From assembly GCA_963514005.1 (NCBI GenBank), contig OY740797.1, forward strand, positions 42,470,001 to 42,534,000: a DNA stretch of 64,000 nucleotides, read 5' to 3'. Below are positions 63,254 through 64,000 of this stretch, piece by piece; the stretch's first letter is position 1; every line of letters begins with the position of its first letter. Below the pieces are notes generated by a model. That model searched no databases. It was not told the origin of the DNA and saw only the letters and a program-made list of their open reading frames with translations. This DNA comes from Raja brachyura. Its lineage: Eukaryota. The position numbers and the translations under genes are program-made.

Positions 63254-64000
63254 TAATTTATTATTCTTCCAGTTTGTTTTCCGGCAGAGTGGGGAATGCG
63301 CCATTTCATGTATTGCTGTGATCCAAAGAAGAATGCAGATGTTGGACAAGTGGGAAACGTCCACTTAGAAAACTATAGAAAAAGAACCGTGAAGGATGAT
63401 ATGTTCCTTCAGGATGGAAATCGCTCAAATGCTGAGCATGTTTAACAGCAACCATTGGGTATCTTCCATGTTTAAGAGCTAACTGTATTTAATCACACTG
63501 AGATTTTGTCGACTCTCGATAAATAAAGATGTACCCTTGGATCTGACATCAATTTCTTTAGACGCCATTTCTTTTCGATTGTCTCTCTGTGGGTTTTTAC
63601 TTCATATGAAGCAGTGTGCCTGCTGGCATTTTAAGTAGTCGTATGGGAATTCAATACCTCGTGGAGGAATAATGACCATAAGCTAGTCAGTGAGACTAAG
63701 TGAACTTGCACTGGTGCAAAAGAGGGCGTTTCCCTTGTTAGGATTGTGGTTGAAGAATTGCTGGATGACTGCTCTGAAGACTCTGTGAGCACATAAACAG
63801 TCCAATTCATTACCAACCATAACAACTAAGAGGATCCCAACCCAAATGCTTACTTTCAACTGTTAGTTATCTCAGTCCAAATATTGGGAGGAGCTCTATC
63901 ATTTATCTCACTGTCCTAAAGTTAAAGAATGAGGGAAAATTAGCCAGAGTTTTAATCCTAGCCTGGCCACCGTAAAAGTCTCTCCAAATCTGCTTCCAGT

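Overview
This window is AT-rich, essentially non-coding vertebrate DNA. The repeat families (HE1-type V-SINEs, HER1/CR1 LINEs, Penelope-like fragments) point to a cartilaginous fish, probably a skate or ray. No host protein-coding gene is supported; the listed ORFs are chance ORFs or retroelement debris. The first ~1.7 kb looks like a TATA/Inr promoter followed by a spliced + strand exon (1584-1691), with a second clean exon at 31125-31326. From memory these resemble the conserved distal Sox2ot (Sox2dot) lncRNA start, but this is unverified. Long transposon-poor stretches alternate with clusters of nested retroelements and two MITEs. The most notable signal is a ~135-139 bp retroposon, present twice, whose first 54 nt fold into a complete minimal HDV-like self-cleaving ribozyme. 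In the intact copy the predicted cleavage site abuts a 14-bp target-site duplication. A second ribozyme class, a minimal type-I hammerhead core, sits in about ten Penelope-like terminal-repeat fragments. Repeat boundaries were read by eye and are approximate unless TSDs are given.
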